A stretch of DNA of 64,000 bases from Tubulanus polymorphus (Eukaryota; Animalia; Nemertea), in assembly GCF_964204645.1 (NCBI RefSeq), contig NW_027437430.1, positions 62,001-126,000 on the forward strand. Reading direction: 5' to 3'. The stretch's first letter is position 1, and each line of letters begins with the position of its first letter. The notes below the pieces were generated by a model. It ran no database searches and had not been told where the DNA came from. It saw only the letters and a list, made by a program, of their open reading frames with translations. The position numbers were made by a program, and so were the translations under genes. This document shows positions 58,162-64,000 of the stretch, piece after piece.

Positions 58162-59578
58162 ATGGTAGCGTCAGTTGATATAAAGAGTGGGCAGACTGTC
58201 TTGCTGTTGTGGGGTGGAAAGGAATCTCCGCCAGAATCGATTAATTCAGTTGTGTCTGAGCTAAACAAGAAGGTTGCCGCAACTGGTAAAGTACAAGTCG
58301 AGCATGTCGAACGGTTACACCTTTGTAAGTTTAAAGCACAGACTAGTTTTCATATAAATGAACTGTTGAATGAAGGAGTCATTGATTTATAAAATAATGT
58401 TTGAATATTTTAGCCGCTCATAAAGACTCATCATTTGACGTCGCCCTGTCCGGCTTTTTACACCCTGCATCTGTGATACATGATTCGGATGTTCTTGTTG
58501 AAGTTGCACGTATTCTCAAACCTAGCGGATGTTTTTATTTGAGGGAACCTACCACTGATACGGATGGTGACAAATTGAGATCTGCTGAAAAGTTAGCTTC
58601 TTCGTTAAAGCTAGCCGGCTTTGTCAATGTATCCAATGTAAGTGAACAGGCATTCAATCATATATATATATTAACAGTAAGAAGTGTCTTGTAGATATGC
58701 ATTTATGACATCCAATTTTATAGTTGTATTGGTTTAGAAATATTTGGGTATGCTTAAGGTAAAGAATCTATTAATAATTTAGTTAAGTCTTAAGAATCTA
58801 TTTATAATTTACTTAAGGCCAGCCGCTTATCACTTACACCAGCAGAACTGAAGGATATTCAACAGGCTTTAGCATTAACATTAGATGTATGTTTAACTCA
58901 AATAAGTGGTCAAAAGCCCGCGTATGAGGTTGGAGCGCAGACTCGGTTGAAATTGTCGTTTGGTGCCAAAAGTAAGTTCATCATCATTGAGAGATACACA
59001 TTGGTTTACTTAACTACATCATTCAACTTACTAATTGATACATGTTTTTGTAGAACCTAAAGATGTTGTAAAGACTGCCGCAGTTTGGTCACTTTCCGCT
59101 AATGATGTCCTTGATGATGATATTATTGATTCTGATGCACTATTGGACGAGGAAGATCTTAAGAAGCCTGACCCAAAATCTCTAAAAGGTTCGGAATAAT
59201 TTCCAAAGACCTAACCGTGACTTTTTGTACCATATATTGTATTATCGTCTTAATCACAGCTGAATGCGGTCCAAATTCTGGTCGTAAGAAAGCATGCAAG
59301 AACTGTAACTGTGGTTTGGCTGATGAATTAGATGCAGGAGGAACGCCTACACAAAAAACACCTCAACAAGCATCTGCTTGCGGAAGTGTAAGTTCATGTT
59401 CCAATATGTGATGATCTGACTGATATTTCATTTTGATAACACAAATCTTTAAATTTTGTTTCAGTGCTATCTCGGTGATGCATTCCGTTGCGCGAGTTGT
59501 CCTTATCTTGGGATGCCGGCTTTTAAACCTGGAGATAAGGTTACACTCAGTGAAAGGCAACTGAAAGCTGACACATGA
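58162..59578 (+). CDS. CIAPIN1: Anamorsin / Dre2, cytosolic Fe-S assembly factor
   Basis: Methyltransferase-like N-domain (SSFDVALSG...ARILKPSG), KPAYEVGA, acidic linker [17 protein letters not shown], Fe-S motifs C...[11 protein letters not shown] and [26 protein letters not shown]. Exons ~58162-58324, 58434-58637, 58818-58971, 59054-59188, 59260-59386, 59465-59578. Confidence 0.96.
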
Positions 59579-60558
59579 ACAAAACCATATTGGTTCATTT
59601 ACGATGTAATTTGAATAGCCTTAATAACTGTGATCCATAGAACTGATGATTTTAATGTATGAATTACGCTTTGATGTGTCGAATAAAATTATTATACACA
59701 GACTCCTACTTTAACTGTACACGGTACTTGTCACTTGTTAAACTGCTCAAATCGATGAATTTTACTATAATTCATTCGGAAAAACCATAGAAATTTCATG
59801 TTTCTCAACACGAATATTCTGTTCATCTCAGTGAAATATTTGCAGTCCCAATAAAGCAGTCTACTGTTATAAACGGCATTTCTTATGCCAAGAAAAATGA
59901 CAATATTCGCGTATTACCTGGTTATGCTGGTACTCATTACTGTATGAACGTACATCTAGTCATATTTGATCCTTGAATTTTCAAATTCAGAAATTGAACT
60001 GTTTAATTATTGAATACAAAGTACTTTTTTGTACTAGTATGGAAAAGTTTCCGTAAAATTATAATAATAAATGATCCTTCATTTATCATGACTGACCAAT
60101 TTGTGTTTAGTAGAGATTTTGTAAATCCTTTGCACGTGGATAATAAATTTAGTACATGTGTCAAATTAATTACTTGTCATTACTCGGTTTTTTTCATAAA
60201 AGATGCTAGATTTGATCAAGTTTTCCTCTCACTGATGATCCCAATATCAAAGCATTAAAAGCGGCCATTTCTTTCAATCCTCTGAGCAGATCTGTTCTGG
60301 AGTCCCTTCAAGGTTAGCCATAGAGATAAAACGAGAAGTATTCAAATAGGTGGGAATTGAAAACATTTAATACAATAAATTTTAGATGAACTGTTATAGC
60401 TGATTATAATTCTAATAAATTGAAAAGCACAATACGATATAAACTTAGTTAGATACGGAATAATAAAAGGTGATATAAGCCTACTGATATGGACATTAAA
60501 TTAAATTAAATAGCTCGAGGAGCTTTTTAGGTGAAATCCAAGATAGAAGTAATTAGGT

Positions 60559-63500
60559 TTACTCATTAATACCATACTGTCCAGCAGAAAGCTGAGTCAA
60601 AAGTTCGATAGCCATGCTTTCTTGACGTGACATGTCACCGAGTTGTAACGATTCAGTTATCTGCTGCAGCGTGTCACCACGCCCTGACAGACCTGAATTC
60701 TGAATATTTGATACTTGGCCTATTTGCTGCTGCGAGTTTGTAAATTGTTTTAGATGGGCTTGACCGTTCGCTGAGACGTAGATCTCTAAAACATCAGCAG
60801 GAGCAATTGGCGGTGATGAAGACACCGTTATATCATTAACCGGTACTGGAATACATGCTTCGCTATTTACATTATCTTGAAATTCCAAATTTGATTTTTG
60901 TGCTTCCAAAACTGGTGTTGGGATGGCACTTGAAAATTGAATAGGGTATCCATGTATAGATTGCATGGAGATACTTGGCTGATTCAGTATATCGCCGCTT
61001 GAAGTTAGTATACTCGATTGATCCCGAAAGCTAACTATTCCAGTCTTATCATCACTAGTTGATTGTTCAGTTGTTAGAATGTACTGACTCGTACTGTGAT
61101 CGACATCAGTATATTCAACAGTCATTTGTTCGTAAACAGTTTCTGGAATAGGAGTTGTACATGTGGTCGCATCTACTTTCATTTTTCGTGTCTTCGGATC
61201 GATTGAAAGTATAACTAATTCTGATGGACTTTCTTCAGGAAACATCTGCTTAATGTGTGTCTCTACAACATGATCTATACGTCCGGTGTCCTGTACGCTT
61301 TCATTAAAGTTATTCCGATTGCATTTCTTTTTTGAACTTTTCACATCCGATTCACCGCTGGCTTTTCGCTTTTCTTTTATGGGAATAATACGAGCTCCTT
61401 CGGGTGGGCTTTTCAAGTCGGAATCACGTTCATACAAACCGGCAAACACCGACATGGCGTTCAAATCCTTATTCTTCACATCATTACTGTGTTCGCTCAG
61501 CAAATGCTTTTTGAGTTCTTTAGCATCATTAGTACCGTAGCTACAATCCTTTATCTGACACGGATATATTTTCATTCCGGCATGTTTACGGGTGTTCAAT
61601 ATGTGTTTTCGCAGATTTTCATGCGTGTTGCAGGCGAATGTGCAGTAAGGACATTTAAACGGTTTACTGCCGATGTGTATACGCATGTGACGCTGTAGAT
61701 GTGTACTATTTTGTGCTTTGTACGGACAAAACTGGCAACTATACTTCCTTTCACCTGTATGAGTACGCATATGTCGAGTCAACTGATTTTGACTTTTACC
61801 CGCGTAGCAGCATTGATCGCACAAAAATGGACGCTCATTGGTATGAACGCGTTGATGAATAGTCAAATCGCTGACGGCTCGAAAACGCAGTTCACAACCT
61901 TCGTAAGGGCATTCGAGCTCCTTCATACTGTGTATTTTCATATGATGATTCAGTTGCCAGACATGGATGAATTTAGCGTCGCATTTTGTGCACTGTTTCG
62001 TACGCGGTACTTTCTTATGTACGAGATCCTGATGACATTTCAGAGTCCACGCTTTAGAGAATGTCTTTCCGCAGTCTTCGCAGATCAGGTGCGTCAAACC
62101 GAGATGTATTTCAAGATGGCGTCGTAATGACGCGGCCGAGGAAAACGTTTTCGCGCAGAACAGACAACTGAATGGCTTGCGTTTTTCATGGCTACGTAGA
62201 TGTGGAATTATGTTAACCTTTGCCATCGTTTTTCCACACTCGGGACACGTACATTTTGTAGCCGATCCTTTCGGTAGATTAGCTATGAATTCCTCGTATT
62301 TACTTCCAGTATCAATAGTCGCCGTTTCGTAAATTTGACTTTCATGCGATAAATTATGCATCATATATTGTTGTTTACTGCCAAGTTTTTTCCCACACGT
62401 TTCGCAAACGTACAATTTTCCATTCCTCTGAATGCATTCTAGTAAGTGTTTATGTCCTCTAGAGTTGGAGTGGGCGTCGATTTCCTTTTTCCCGAACAAG
62501 AGGATGTCGCAAACATCGCACTTTTCGCTAATATCCACATGACTAGTCAGTAAATGCGGACGAAGGTTTGAATATTTAGGAGTAATAAAATTACAATACG
62601 GACATTTATGCTTGGTAAGTGTGTTAGGTCTCGTGCTCGTATCTGCTTCTACTTGTTCTTCATTATCTTCAGCCTCGACCGGTTCGTTCTCGTCACCTCG
62701 ATAAAGCTTACGCAAAGACAACACGGCCGCTGTTTTTGAAATATGCTTCTTCGTTTTCTCGTGAATTTTCAACGTGAATTTATCGCAGTACGATTTCTTG
62801 CAGTAAATACATTTATACGGACGTTCTTTCGTGTGGCGACGCCTCATGTGAATCGCCAGCGACGATCGCGAACTGAACTTTTTTCCGCCGCACGGAATAC
62901 AAACGTTCTGACGTTGCGCGTTCAACAGCATCATCCGAACGTGCGAGTGTTTCGAAAGCAGGTGTCGTTTTAATTGCGTCACCGAATGAAGTTTCAAACG
63001 ACACATCGAACACGCGACATCCTTACGTCGCTCGCGAATTATGACGCATCGTTTCTTCGAAGTGACCGCGTTGATGTGCGCGTCGGTTTGAACGTGCGCC
63101 AACATTTCGTCGTTATTTTTCGTCTGGAATTGACAAACCGTGCACATCTGCGGTCCGATCAGTTTCGACGCGTTATCCACGTGTTGTTTACTTTGTAAAT
63201 GCGTCGTGAATTCGATCGAATGATTCGAAAACGATGTACAAATCATACAACGAAACGGCTTCGTCACTTGAATGAGATAATCATACGTTTGAAATAGCTT
63301 TTCGTTTTCCTGCTTTTTCATGACGGCTCGATTCGTATGATATTGACTGACTAAATGAGCGCCCATTGACCTCTCGCTGCACATCGTACGATTACAAACG
63401 CTACAGAAAAATTGACGCGCTTTCTTTTTAACGGTCTCTGATTGTCGTTTCGTCGCACTTTCTTCTGCGTCATAAGTTTGTGCAACTTCTTCTAACACAA

Positions 63501-64000
63501 CCTCATCATCTCCCTCATCATCATCATCAACATTATCATCTTCATCAGTTCTGAAATCATAACCGTACAATAAATAAGAATTGATAACAGAGGTTAGATC
63601 CACGACTACCTTGGATTTAATGTAACGTAATAGTCATTTCGAACCTAGAATTTCATTCCAAATCGGACAATCTATTAAAGTCATGCAAACAAACATATTT
63701 TTGGTCACCTGAAGTTCATTGGTGGAAGGTTCCACAGTCCGAATTTAAAAATTGGATGTTACTAATTCAGTAATTTTAGAGGAAACTTTCAATCAATTAT
63801 GAAAAGTTGGTGAATACAATGAACAAGAGTTCTTTCTAATATAAATTAAAACTCACTCCGCTGGTATTTTTCCACTCGATGCTCTCAGGCTCATTCCTGG
63901 CTTCCATTTTCCACCAGTATGTGCTACAGAGAAAGACAAAATGTTCATAGCAAGAGATGTTAAGTGTATAAATCACAGGGTGGTGGCCACTTCTGTTTAA
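60559..64000 (-). CDS. Large zinc-finger protein (matrin/U1-like + C2H2 fingers), ZNF407-like; 5' end lies beyond the window
   Basis: 1014-aa ORF with H..S..H-type fingers (HLVSQYH, HLQSKQH, HEKTKKH) followed by an HTNERPF/HTGERKY/HIGSKPF array and NLRKHILNTRKHAGMKIY. Likely acceptor tttcag at ~63552, with small upstream exons toward 64000. Confidence 0.85.

Noticed and set aside
61286-63198. Plus-strand ORFs opposite the ZNF407-like exon
   Set aside because: Antisense shadows of a long coding exon.

Overview
Intron-containing, AT-rich, gene-dense animal DNA, not prokaryotic. Many introns are only ~60-100 nt, and every junction I traced was GT-AG. It is most consistent with a compact-genome marine invertebrate; the species cannot be determined from the window. 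Twelve genes, in order: ABCD1/2-like peroxisomal transporter (-, runs off the left edge), C12orf40/REDIC1 (+, its conserved first exons are absent from the ORF track), SLC2A13 (-), an uncharacterised TM + ZZ-finger + EF-hand protein (+), CFAP276/C1orf194 (-), a C2H2 zinc-finger gene (+), MRPL36 (-), TPX2 (+), CYLD (-), NDUFS6 (-), CIAPIN1 (+) and a ZNF407-like gene (-, runs off the right edge). Ten of them form five head-to-head pairs on short shared promoters with CTCF-, ETS-, CCAAT- and RFX-like motifs. Main leads: (1) a 420-codon ORF inside a CYLD intron that can splice in frame to give a membrane-anchored, repeat-containing CYLD isoform; (2) a candidate alternative last exon giving a truncated Aurora-A-binding TPX2; (3) human-like ABCD2-C12orf40-SLC2A13 microsynteny; (4) a single inversion between two bidirectional promoters that would rebuild the human MRPL36/NDUFS6 pair; (5) tandem NF-kB sites upstream of CYLD; (6) the ZZ/EF-hand protein; (7) several hairpins and MITEs. 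Exon coordinates were read by hand and may be off by a few bases; orthology calls rest on recalled motifs, not database searches.
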